This document shows positions 37,292-50,549 of a DNA stretch of 64,000 bases, piece by piece. Each line of letters opens with the position of its first letter. Position 1 is the first letter of the stretch. Below the pieces are notes generated by a model. That model searched no databases, was not told the origin of the DNA, and was given only the letters and a program-made list of their open reading frames with translations. The translations under genes and the position numbers were made by a program. Source of the stretch: Rhizophagus irregularis (taxonomy: Eukaryota); the NCBI RefSeq assembly GCF_026210795.1, contig NC_089431.1, positions 3,968,001 through 4,032,000 on the forward strand, written 5' to 3'.

Positions 37292-39414
37292 CCGTTCTCT
37301 ATCTTAAAGATCAAAAAAGTGCATTATGGGAAAGATTCTCAGCTATATATCCTGATGGAATGAAACGAACTTCCTTTATGGCTCGTTTGCAAAATGGAAG
37401 ATTCAAATATCGTGATGGCTTGGGAGGACTTTGTCTTATTTGTAATGATTATGCTTATCAACCATTTGAAGATTTGATCAAATTAGTATCAAATAATATT
37501 ACAAATACGAAAACGAAGGTAAAAAAACATTGAATTACCTTATATTATACTTGTTTCATAAAAATTCTAATTATAAACAGTATTATTGTTAGAATGAATT
37601 GATAACTCAATTGGAAATGCTTCGCCGTCACTTAAAAAAAAATTATGAAAACGAATTATTAGTACACGATAATGGCACAACAAAACACGTGGATTGTATA
37701 AATCACTGTTTACTGCATGCATTTGGCGAATGTGTAGAGCAACACTTTTCACGTTGTGCAGCATGTGACAAACTTTTTGAAGTTTTTGCAACTTTGTCGC
37801 ATTTATTAGGACATTCATATAATACATTACTTTCAGAATATCAGGAAAAACTCACCTGCTACCTGGCTCATCAAACACGAAAAAAATATTTGAGTGCACA
37901 GTTCAATGCAGTGTTAGATGAATTAGATAATCATGGAGCTATCATAGTAGTTGATTACAAAATGTGTATTCTTCCAGCAACAGCAAGAGAAACAAAAAGC
38001 GAATTTTTCGGCAAAAGAGGCTGGACACTTCACACAACTCTTATTTTTCAAAAAAAAAACAATGAAAAAATGGATGTCCAAGCATATGACCATTGGTCTT
38101 GTGATACGAAACAAGATGCCTGGTTTACGGCATCTTGTTTTGAAGCTGTATTTAATACCATAAGTCCTCGTCCACGTTGGATTAAAATCATTTCTGATAA
38201 TGGTGGCCATTATCATAATTCTGAGCTCATGGCTATTGTAAGTCATTGGTATGATTGGTATGGAGTTGAGGTACGTGGGTGGATATTTTTGGAACCTGGT
38301 GAAGCCAAAACCACTGTAGATTCACACCATGCAACGGTATGTTAGCTGTTGTTTGGTTTTTCATATTTTTTTTTTTTATTCAAAATATTTATTTTTGTAA
38401 ATAAAAAAGATTGCTCATGCAATAAAACGATATGTTCGAATTGGTTGTGAACTTACATCAGGTCAAGATATTGAAAGAGCAATAGAAGAATTGAGTGGAA
38501 CTTCAGTTGCTCAAATTGAACCTAATCGGAATAAAAATAATGAAAATATGGTTTTAGAAAAATCATGGTATGAATATTATATTACTAAATTTGTTGGAAT
38601 TCCTTACAATCACGTCATTATTCTTTATTTCTCAAATATAGCAACACTAATTATAAAAAAACTAAAACCATACCTGGCATCTCCAAATGGTTTGTGTGGG
38701 ATTGGCCAATAACTGAGGAGGCTGCAGGATATGTTAGAGCAAAATCGCTTCCAAATATTGGAAAATGGACAGAATTTTCACCCGCTGACATAAATACATT
38801 TTGTGGTGAAATAAATCGTCCTAATCCTGAATATACAACACCAACAAAGCCAAAAACACCATGGTTAACATCATTGTCAATGAAAAAAGGTATGCAAAAA
38901 TCACTTGAACGTGACGAAACGCAAAATTCACCAACTCCAATATCAAATCAAATGGGGTAAGTTTGAATTTCTATATTTTATAAAAAAATAAATAAATAAA
39001 AATAAAAATACTAACAATTCAAATATTGATAGGGTTGATACAGAATTTCCACTGAAACCTGGCTGGGCATTAAAAGAAAATCAAAAAATGGGTAATAAAG
39101 GAGGAGGTAAACGCATAAGCAAGAAAGTTATACAATACTTGCAGGCTTATTTTCATGCAGGTAATCTCAATCCAAAAGACCGATACACTGCTGAAAAAAT
39201 GCATGAAAGTTTGAAAGAGTTAGCACATGAAAATGAACTTAGCGTTGAAGATATTCCGGAAGTAAAAACAATAAAGGGATGGATAGGAAGGTATAGTGCC
39301 TCCTCTAAAAAAGAAATGTCCGAAAAAGCATTGGAGCAATGTGCACTTGAAGAAAGTAGTTTAATTACGAATACTACTCACAATAGAGCCAGCAAGCGGC
39401 AAAAAAGAGGCTAA
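37292..39414 (+). pseudogene. Transposase gene, 3' part with the catalytic region (multi-exon)
   Basis: Resumes VLYLKDQKSALW. Motifs VDYKM..P...RETKSEFFGKRGWTLH, ISDNGGHYH and EPGEAKTTVDSHHA give a DDD-type triad. Introns near 37519, 38337, 38550 and 38957. Ends ASKRQKRG. Confidence 0.75.
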
Positions 39415-39779
39415 ATTTAAATATTTTGAATTTTTTGAATCTCATTATATGTTGAAAAGTACTATGAAATCTGCCGTTCCCTTATATAAAACTTTTTAAA
39501 ATAAAACGAAAAAAAAACTTTTTATTATTTTTGTGGCTTTTCGGACATGTGATAAATGATGTAATTTAATAACTACTTTTAGTAACGAATGTGTCAAATT
39601 TTTTGGTTAGTGCAAAATGATGAAATTAGTGGTGATCTACATTAATAGCCCCACGTTTCACTATGTTAATTTCTACCCATTATATACGGATCGGCAATTA
39701 ATAGCTTAAAAATTGAGCTTGAAGATGATTATAAACAAAAATAAATGTTTATCTAAGAAAATTAAGTAGACGGCAATTA

Positions 39780-42700
39780 CGAAAATAATTGCTGAGAAGA
39801 AGATGATGATGATAATCATTACCTTCCCCCTCCCATACCTCCTAATGAAGTTGAACGTAGAAGAGCGTTATGGAGATTTTAAATACTTAATACATTAAAT
39901 GTTCTTTTGATAATGCTACAATACGAGTAAAATTAACATCATTTGAAGACATCAATATCAATGATATCACTTCTCAATACTACTCATCAATGATTTAAAG
40001 CTGAAGATGGTATGAGATGTAGTGAAACTATTAGTAGGATAAGTTTTTGTAGTATTATAAGAAAATGATGAACTATTTGTAGAAATTTATTGCTACTGAG
40101 GATTGGAGATTTCGTAATAATCCTTTAGTTACTGGCCTCCTTTATAAGATTTTATACTAATACCCCTTTACGAACCGATGATGGTCATAATATTAGTACT
40201 ATATGTGTGAATCTAGGGATAGTTTTTCAAAAATGGTCGTTAAAGTTTAAAGGAAATTGCTAAAGTTTTCACGAGAGAATTAGAATTATGGACCGATACT
40301 TCACATTTACGTGTAAGAAATAAGATACAAGAGAGTATAGTTGATTTTAGTAAATTTGTTTGGAAATTCAATTGGCTAATAATTCTAGTAATAATGATGA
40401 AAATAAGATAGTAAAATCTACTATTGGTGATCCTATTATGAAACAATATTTTAATAGGGCTGTTAAATTAATGAGAGACACTTTAAATGTAGATTCAGTT
40501 TATTTATTAGAGATGGCTCTCGTCCTTTATCTATAACTTCTCGTGATTCAAATAATTTCATTTTAAACGCTCATCCTCCCGATGTACCATCAAGTTATTT
40601 AAGATCTCTAGCTTCTGCTGGTGAAATTGAATTATCTCCTGAAGTTTTAAAAGCTTCTATGATTACTTCTTATTTTACTTATTAATGCAAGCTCATTCAC
40701 AAGGGTGTATTTATCAAAATTCTTTACCCATTATCGACCCTCTTTCCTGATGATGTACATTCCGGTATTGTTGTACCGATTTATGATGATACACAGAATG
40801 CTTTTTATTTCTTAATCGCTATGACAAAGATCCACAAAGACAATTTGAAGATGAAGAACGTGATTATTTGAGTAATTTTGGTGTAAATATTGTTAATGAA
40901 GTATTAAAAAGAAGAGTTATCATTGCTGATAGAGCAAAAGGTGCATTCATTTCTTCAATATCTCATGAACTAAGAAATCCTCTTCAAAGATCCAGTTAGC
41001 CAAAAGAAATTAAATGAAAAGAAAATGATAATAAAATAGTGAATAAAAATAATAAAAAGAAGAAGAACAGAAGGAACGTTAAATTATTAGAGGAAGTATC
41101 TGATGAAGCTTGTTTCGTAGGTCAACAGATGGTATATATAATGAAAATAATAAAATAGCCAATTCTATGAATAAAAACAATGACGAAGAAAATTTATTAA
41201 TGGAGAATAATAATAATACTGCTATCATATAACACAAGCAAGGAAAAAACGTGTATATGATTTATTACATCCTAATCAATCTCATCATCAACAAGCTGAT
41301 TATGTTTTACTTATGATGTTGATCCAAGAAATTGAAGATAATGCATTAAAACAATTATTAATGAATGTAAGTTATAAAAATATAACATTACTTTTTAAAA
41401 AAGAAAAAAAAATCTTGTTAAACTAATTTATAATTTGATTATTTAGATTATCGGGTAAATTTATTAATTTTTATTTAAATTTGTGTCAAAACCTTAGTTT
41501 ATCAGTTATTATTTACCTTATAATAATATGAGGATAAGTTTGTGCCGAAGTATAATTCTGGATTTTACCCGAATTACACGAAAATTAGATTATTAGAGCG
41601 CACATATCGAAGTAAGTGTAACAATAACAGATATAACAGATTGACAATCCCGTTCCAACTTGGTTGTTTGTTTAATGTCTATCCCTTTTAACTTATTCCC
41701 TTTTAACTTATCAGTTATTCCCTTTTCACTTGTTTGCGCGAGCGTAACATCATCTCCCAATTTTTTTTTTTTTGAAAAAAAAATGAGACGCTAAGCAAAT
41801 AGTTAAATTGGAACGGTCTTAATTTAAAGTTATTCATATATATATATATATTTTTAAATAGGAATTCCATGAAATTTACGAAGAAAGGATATGTCTTAAT
41901 TTCATTAGCATCATTATCGTATTCATTATTAAGTGATCAATATAAGAAACATGCTGGAGTACAAGATACAACAACAACGGATACATCATCATCAAATAAT
42001 ATTCACGCGTTAATAACAATAACTGATAAGGATGTAGTATATCACCATCATTTTTATCAACAAATATGTTTCAACTATTTTCTCAAGAAAATTCTTTACA
42101 AGTTGGTACAGGATTAGGATTATCTATCGTAAAAATTATTAGTAGAAAAAATGTGAGGTAAATTAGATGTTGAAAGTGAATACAAAATTTAATGAAATTA
42201 AAACAGATAATAAAAATGATGATTTAGGAGATTTTAGTAATTCTTTAGATTCGTTTAATAATGAAAATGATAATTTAATTAAAGATTTGAAGAAAAATAA
42301 CGAAAAATTATTCTTTAAAAAGTCAAACAAAAAAGAATTGTAGTTAAATGTGTTGATGGTAAATTAAAAGAAGTTTTTGAAAGATATTTTAAAGGATGAC
42401 TTAGAGTTAAAGAACTTATTTGTGAATATAAAGAAAAGGTTACTGATAGTAATTTAGATTGTGATATTATATTTATTGTTGATAATATTGATCAACTTAA
42501 AAAAATCATTTCTAAAGTTGATACTAAACAAGCTCCTATAGTATTTACTACTACTTTAGCAAAACATGGTAAAATAGCAGATTTTGTGGAAAAATTACAG
42601 AAAGAAATTGAAGATACTCAACTTACACAAAGAAAAAGAAGAAAAGTTGTTATCCTTACACGTCTATGTGGACCTCGTAAATTAGAGAAAGCTATTGTTT

Positions 42701-44117
42701 CTGTACTTTCAAGTCAACAAGATGATGAAAAATTATTAGAAGAGGAAAATTCATATTTTCCAAAATTAATTATGACACCACCAATTTCAGAAGATGATAA
42801 TTCAAAACTTTATATTAGTTATAATTCTTCAGAAAAATCATCTAACAATTAACGATCCTTCAAATAAATCTGATTGTGATTCATCATTACTTTCCGTTGC
42901 ACTACCCTTACGACCCTGTTTTAACCGTTCCACCACACTTCCAAATCTTCATTTACCATCTGAAAATAAAGAACCAAAATTTTTACCTATTCCGAAATCA
43001 ACTTTTTTACTTATCCCTTCCACTTCACCTTATGCACGCCTACCGCAATGTCAACTTCGTTACCAAATACAGTATGTCAGAATCACTAAATATTAACCCT
43101 CCATCTTTAAATGAATTGAAAAAATCCAAATCAGCGAATTCATTGAGTTGTAATTTAGGACCTAAAGTTTTAGTGGTTGAAGATAATGCAGTTAATAGAA
43201 TGATTTTAGTTACATTTTTGAAAAAACGTGGGATTAGGTTAGATGAAGCTGAAAATGGAGCTATTAGAGTTGAAAAATTTAAAAAAGCATTAGATGATTA
43301 TGGAGAATATCCTAATCGAAAAGGATTTGATATCGTATTAATGTGCAAGTAAATTTTTATACTTTTTTTAGTAAATCTATGTATACGTGTATTTAATTAA
43401 AATATATATATATATATATTAAATAATTTTTTTTTATTTGTAGACATACAATTGCCTGTAATGAATGGTAATGTAGCAACAGCAGAAATACTTAAAATTG
43501 AAGAAGAATTCAACAATCCGAAATTTTCATTACCATCGACAGCAATAACCACAACAAATACAACACTCACTAAATATCCAGCTGCATCACCTACAATTAT
43601 AAATTTTGAATTTCCTCCTTCATCATGATTTAACAAAACTGAGACTCCTTCATTACCAGCTTAAGAATCAAATAATCATTTAAAGCCATTTACTCAAAAG
43701 AATAGAATTTTACAAAGAAGAGTATCGATCAATTCTCAAAACAATTCATTTTCAATCACAAGTTTATTATTAAAACCTAAAATATCGATAAAATACCTAA
43801 ATCAACAACAAAATTCAAAACATCACCTTTTTACCATCCCATCACCAATACCTTCATCACCAAGTTTTCCTATTATTGAAAATAATACTATCAATACTAT
43901 TACTAAACGTTCTCATTCTTTAACTGGATTAGCTAGTGAAGAAGATAAAGATCTAGCTTTTGAAAGTGAAGTTGATGGATTTTTAACCAAACCTGTTAGT
44001 TTAAAAATGTTGGAAAAAGTATTAAAAAAATGGTCAGAAAAAAAAGAACAATCAAGTGAAAATAGTAGTGTTGGAAGTAGTAATAGTAGTAATAGTAGTA
44101 GTGAAGGAAGTACATGA
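39780..44117 (+). pseudogene. Heavily decayed GAF-HisKA-HATPase-receiver hybrid histidine kinase
   Basis: PPIPPNEVERRRALW (GAF start, ~39828), AKGAFISSISHELRNPL (H-box, ~40934-40985), GTGLGLSIVK (~42105), KVLVVEDNAVNRMIL...FDIVLM|DIQLPVMNG and LTGLASEEDKDLAF...DGFLTKPVSL (receiver). Numerous stops, frameshifts and deletions. Confidence 0.85.
41650..41816. mobile_element. Small degenerate MITE within the histidine kinase pseudogene
   Basis: CCGTTCCAACTTGGTTGTTTGTTTAATGTCT versus reverse complement CCGTTCCAATTTAACTATTTGCTTAGCGTCT; TC on both flanks. Confidence 0.5.
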
Positions 44118-44427
44118 TAATCATAACCAAACTAATTTATTATTTTTTCATTTGTTTTTATTTACATTTTATTTATTTATTTTTATTTTCTAGTTGCAGA
44201 TATTTTTTTTAATTTCTTTCCATTTTTTTTTTGTATTAAAAAAAAAGTTCATATAAACATTATATATTACGATATAAACATTTATCACGCATTTGGTCGC
44301 ATTGTACTTATTTTTATTCATTAAACCCTTAAAAAAATAAGAAAAAAAAAAGATTATTTATAAATTTAACAAGAGACGGAGTGGCGAATATTTTATTATA
44401 AAGTAATTATTTAAAAAAAAAATTATA

Positions 44428-45407
44428 TCTATTTATCCGTGTACATTCCAATCAACTAATATAATCCTTAATCGGAATTTTTTTTTTTTTGATTATTAAT
44501 TCATTTTTTTTCAAACTGAAAAAAAATTTTTTCTCCTTTCTTCTTTCGGTTTAGTTTTTTTTTCAAACCGAAAAATTTGTTTTTTCTCATTCTTTTACCA
44601 TTTAGATTTAACCGATTTCTTTCTTTATCCTTTTTTTTTTCTTTCAATTTTTTCAATAATAACATGTAGAAAGATGATTAAGATTTTCAATTAAATTGAA
44701 CGCTGGATAAATAGTTTGATTTTCATAAAAATCAAAAAAATTGATATTTTTACAATATTTTATAATTAATTGATTAAAGAAATTGTTGATTTAATAATAG
44801 ATTATTATAACCAAATCCATATCCGAAATTCTCTAAATAATCACCAGATTTTTGAATAATAATTTTAATTCAAAAAGTTTAGTTAAATTAATAATTTATT
44901 GAATAAAATTAGTATCAAAAGAATAATAATAAATGGAATAAACAGATTTCTTTTTTCCTAAGTTGATTATAAGTTTAAAATTGACGTAATATAAAATAAT
45001 AAGAAATAATTAATTAATTAATAAAATATTTGTAGTATTTTCATAATATTAAAGTTTTTTCAAAAACACTTCTAAAAAATTACAATTCCTAATTAATCCG
45101 CTACATTATTCTAAAAATTATTTATTATTTATATCATTCTAATATTATAAATATAATTTAATACATATTTTTTGTTACGTCAGCAATTATACCTTATCTT
45201 TGTGGTTGTTTCCGTATTTATCTATCCCCTAGGTAATATCACCCTACCGGATTACAAAAGCCACGTTAGTCGGTAATTATTACCATATTAAATTCCTAAT
45301 TATAAACAAAAAACTTCTTTAATTTACTTAGTATTACATTATAATACTAAATCTTTCTATTTAAAAAAACTCATTGGTCCCGGTGCGAAGCAACGGGTGA
45401 CAGCTAG
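44428..45407 (+). mobile_element. Non-autonomous Helitron-like element (3' end clear, 5' end tentative)
   Basis: GC-rich hairpin CCCGGTGCGAAGCAACGGG (45379-45397) followed by TGACAGCTAG|T; candidate 5' A|TCTATTTAT at 44428. Confidence 0.5.
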
Positions 45408-45629
45408 TTTAAATTTAAAAATATACTTTAAAATTTATTTAATAAAAACGCGTTCAGTTTACGTTATTAATATAATAATGTAATGAGAAATAAAAAAATA
45501 AAAATAAAAAAAATAAATTATTCAAATTACAAACTAAGAAATCTTGAAGAAAATCTCATCAAGTCATAGTGTTTAAATAATTTACTATAAGAAAAAAAAA
45601 TCAGGTGTAATAATGTTATCTAATTTATA

Positions 45630-47932
45630 CTATAAATCATCCGTATCTAAATATCTAAAAGAAAAAAAAAATATTACATTAAATTTAGTAATTTATGGTA
45701 AACTTTAAACATTTTAAAATAATTCTTACTGTCAGGAAGTTCCAATTCGTCTTGTTCATCTGAATGAAGGTTAGGATTGTTATGAACTTTATCTTCGTCT
45801 ATCAGCAGATATAAATTAAAATTAAAAATCAAAAAATACTGTAGAATAATTTTAAGAATTTAAATAATTGTTTTACCATACCATCATCATTGATATGAAG
45901 TTTCTTTATTTGCTGTTGCATTGTTTCAATCTTAAAATCATTTTGAATACCTAAATAAATTAAATCATGTCTAATATTAATAAAATTATAATAAAATTCC
46001 AACATAGTATAAATTATTTTACTTGCCATTTTTTGAGTTTCTTTTAATTATATTGGATAACATTTTGCTGCTAACTAAAAAACCTTAAATATAAGTTATT
46101 CATTCATTTGATTTATGTTAAAATAAAATGTAATACAATTACCTTTAAATATGCTATTTATTTCTGAAGTACTAATTTTCTTACTACTTGATTTATTAAG
46201 ATCATTAACTAAAAAAAGCCAAATAAATCAATAAATAATGCTTCGTTATATAATATTCAAATGTAACTTCACTTACTATTATTAGGAATATGAAAATTAT
46301 ATGATTTGTTACTATGAAATTCTAAAAAAAAAATAAATATTATCATTAATTTTTATGGATTACAATTATATAAGAAATTGCTTAATTTATACCTGCTTGT
46401 TCTTCTATTATTATTTAAATTAAAAAAATAATATATTATTAATTTAATATAATTAATTAATAGTCTTTTTAAACAATTAATAATGATTAATATAATACCT
46501 TCTGTTGCATTTTTTGGTTTAGGAAGATTATCAAATTGATGAAGTTTACTTGTAAATAGTTTACTACTGCTTGTATAATTTTCCATTTTAAAATTATTAT
46601 TTTCTTCTGGTCGAGTTAATGATTCATTTGATTTACTTTGATAAAATAAATTAATTTCTCTCATTTTATTCGCAAGTGTAAAAATGTCAGGTCTTTTTGA
46701 TGGATCAGCATCCCAACATTGTTTCATTAAATTTTTATATTCTAAAGGAGTTCCTGGTAAAATTTTTGGTCTTATGCCATTAACAATATTCATTGCAAGA
46801 TCATAATCATGTTCATAATTATTAAATGGTGGTTGTCCAGATGAAATTTCCCACATAAGTATTGCAATACTATAAATATCAGATTTAAAAGTCTGTTCTT
46901 TTCCAATAATAACCTCGGGTGCTATATAAGGAAGATTTCCATATATACTTTTTAATGGTTTATCTGCAGGCCCACAAAATCCAAGATCACTTATTTCAAA
47001 GTTATCCTTCATAAATAATATATTTCCAGAATGCAAATCTCTATGAATTGCATTTTCAAAATGAATTCTTCCAAGTGAATGTGTTATATCAGTAATAATT
47101 TGAATTCTTTCTTTCCATGTAAGTTGATTATGATTTTGTTGTAAATACTTTCTTAAATCTGTATCCAGTTTATTCATTACAAGCATATAATTTCCATTTG
47201 ATGGATCTTGTGTTAATCCATAACATTGAACAATTTCATTCCATATATTGCTTATTTTTAAATGTGATCTGGCCTATAAGTAAAAATATAATTAAAATTT
47301 AAAATATTATTAATGAAATTTAAAATATTTTAAATTCAAACCTCTTCAAACCAATTTTGACTTGCATTTTCAACATTTTCTAATTTTTTAAGTACTACTA
47401 TTTGTTCTCCATATCTTTTTAATTGTTGTTCTTTAGAATCCCATTCAATAAAATGTCCATTAATCCAATTTCCTGTATAAATTTCTGAAAATCCACCTTT
47501 TGCTAGGTATTTAATATTTTTAAAATTATTATATGGAATCCATTCTGGTATTAGATGTGGTGCAAGTGTTTTCATTTGACATTCTTGTATTAAATTATTG
47601 ATCATATCATTTCCAGATGTCCAATTTGAAAATTTTGCTTTTAAATAATTTCGAACACAAAGTTCACAATATGTTGTAGCTAAACATTTTTGGTTACAAT
47701 TTTTACAAATTCTTTTTGTTCCTTCATTATAAACAATCTTTTCTTCATCATAAAGTTTAGTTATTATTCTTATTGCTTCAGATTTTTCATTTTCTGTAAG
47801 TGATTCATCATCAAGAAGTGTTTGTTTTTGAAATTCATGTCGTTTGTGCATATCATTATGATCATTGTAATCTAATAATGCATATGCTCTATTAATTGCA
47901 TTATTAATTAATTTATTTTTACCTAATGACAT
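45630..47932 (-). CDS. Tyrosine-kinase-like protein kinase, multi-exon
   Basis: CKNC..CELC zinc-like motif, WTSGN, LAKGGFSEIY, VVLKKL, HRDLHSGN, DLG and GNLPYIAPE. Intron ~47274-47341; a run of 3' micro-exons ends at TAG ~45630 (3' structure inferred). Confidence 0.85.
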
Positions 47933-48559
47933 AATAAAATATGTTATAAAGCTTTAAAATTCTTTTAAAAATATGAATTTTGAAACAAAAGGGCTGAGTC
48001 GGTGTCGGTTATCGACTCCGAAATCCTTATATAAATTATTTATTTTGTGTAACCCAAATGAATGTTACATTGTTACAATGTTACATGAACAAATCGTGGC
48101 AACATTATAAAATGATCGGCACTGCGGATTACGAGGTAGTTAGTATAGTTAGTAATTCCGGAATTCTTTTGAGTACTAGTGATTAACTTCTAATCTCAAT
48201 GATTCTTTCCTAGTTCAACTAAAAATCATTTAGATTAAAATTGTATTAAGTTACAGTATGGAAGTAAACTGTAAGTCGAAATAAAATTATAAATGATGAG
48301 AAAGTATGTCTAGTCATAAATATTCTTCAGATATTATATGCACTATTTATGTATAAAAACATTATACAATTTTCTTTAATACACGTACTCTGAAGTAGCC
48401 ATAATAGCAATAGTTAGAGTTGTCACTGTTTACCTTACCGCACTAATACCCTCAATACATTAAATAATTTATAAACATCAGCTTATTTGTTATTATAAAT
48501 CAAATTTAAAATTTTCACATGTCAATTCTTTATAGTACTATTTTTTTAGGATTATTTCA

Positions 48560-49200
48560 GGATTTTCGATAGTTGATTAGTTAATTAGTTTATATCATAA
48601 TTTGATATTATATCATAATTTGACAATTTTAAATTCCTTCATAACCCTTAAACTAATTATTTTCATTATATTTTCATCCTTTGCATTATAAGTTACCAAA
48701 GAGAGTGGCTTTTTGGTACACGATTTGTCAAAATTGTAAGAATGTACTCCAATTCATCTGGATATAATTTATGTAATTTTGATCGTGCACAAATTAGACG
48801 ATACAATATTAGTTCGCTTAATTATTAATACTTTCTAAATATTGACAGTCAATTATTAAGAAATATTTTAAATATTTCCAATTCGTTATAAATTCTTTCC
48901 TTTGTTTCAAGAAATTTATTAATTTCTCATTTTGGAAATACACCTAACTTTTAAAATTTGTAATATTGAAAAATTTTATAAATTTATTCTTATAATACAA
49001 AGATAATTCAAGTTCTTGTAAATTTGAAAATTTTATGATAGATGATAATGGAATACTATTATATCGACGAATATTTAATTTATTTAAAGTATTTGAAAGT
49101 TTCGTCATTAGAAAAGGAAATACATCTCTCATTGAACTATAATAAAATTCTTTAAATTTTAAATTTTTTTGAGTAATAATTAAATCTACCAATTATAATT
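48560..49200 (-). pseudogene. Possible decayed F-box/LRR-like gene fragment
   Basis: Fragments IPLSSIIKFSNLQELELS and ELEYILTIL; many stops. Confidence 0.35.
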
Positions 49201-50549
49201 TGTCCGAAGCTTTAGCTGAGGACATTTACGGTTGGACTCTCTTCAATCTCTTCATGCAAGGTATGTTTGTCCGCACCCAAATAATTTAAGGTATTTTTAT
49301 TTACTATGACTAATAATAATATATTACTATCAGTACCAAAAAGAAGAATTTTATATATAATAATTTATTCCTCAAAATTTTCTTTAAAATCCCATTGTAT
49401 AATTCTCTTAAAAATTTAAATCAAAGTATTATTCACATGTAAAGTTCGTCTCCTTCAATCATATTTCATTCATTTATTGACCATCTTATTAATATAATAC
49501 AAAAGAGAAGGCTACAACTTCAATATAATAGTTACGGTTAATTATTTCAAAACTTTATATTGTATATTTATTGTTAATTTAATAAATTATTATTAGCGAA
49601 ATATTTACATGAGATGAAACAACTTTTTAAATTTCGATGTTTTCCGAAAAATTTCATTACGATTAGTTTTAGTTATAACGTCTCGTTGTTTATTAATATT
49701 GTCATTAATGATTATATCGCTATATCTTTAAATTATTAATGATTGGTCAATTTAAGTTTAAGAGTCCTTGATTTAAATTTTTTTCTAACCAGTTTAGTAA
49801 ATTTATATTATTGTGGTCATGAAATTGTAAATATAGTATAAATAAAATTATATATAGATATAATTAATAACGAATAAAAACTAGTAACGGTATGAAGAAA
49901 TGTCTAATATTTATTTATTGTAAAGAACATTAATAAATTAAATAATAATAAAGTTCATATTATTTACAATGATAAAGTACAAGAAATTTTCGGTTTGTCA
50001 TATGATTATCACATTAAGTTACATAACATTTCTTGTAAAAAAACAAATAATTCTTGGTAAAATTTTTCGGTAAGTAATTTCCGACGAAATTATAAAAGTT
50101 TTCGGTAAAATTCAACGAATATGTTTAGTTAAATGCACTCAAAATATTTCTAGAAAAATAATTATGTTACACGTTGAATGAATGAACGTTGCAATCGTTA
50201 CATCCTTGTACCTAAAGTATCCCGGAATTCCGTTCGTGAAGAATATCGGATAAATATCGGCAATGGTTAAATTATGCTTGATCGACCATTCGAATTACTC
50301 GAATTACGAAAACACCATCTAACTCAGTCATAAAGTTTACGTTTCGTTTGTTTTCTTGGCTATGATTTTTTTTTCTTATAAATAAATCCATTAGAAAAAT
50401 GTTTCTTGATTTTTTCAGAACAAATTTAAGATAACATTAAAATATATTAGAAAATTATTCAAACAATTTTTAAACATCATAATAATTTTTTTAAATTTCT
50501 AATTTTTTAACGTTAATAACGTTAACTAATTCGTACCTTCACGTGTTAG

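Larger units (their letters stand above)
27026..39701 (+). mobile_element. Sola3-like DNA transposon (~4.1 kb without the nested LTR element); coordinates include the flanking TTAA
   Basis: Imperfect ~34-bp inverted ends TTAATTGCTGATCCTCATGTGATGGGTAGAAATT versus reverse complement TTAATTGCCGATCCGTATATAATGGGTAGAAATT; encloses a multi-exon transposase-like gene. Confidence 0.7.
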
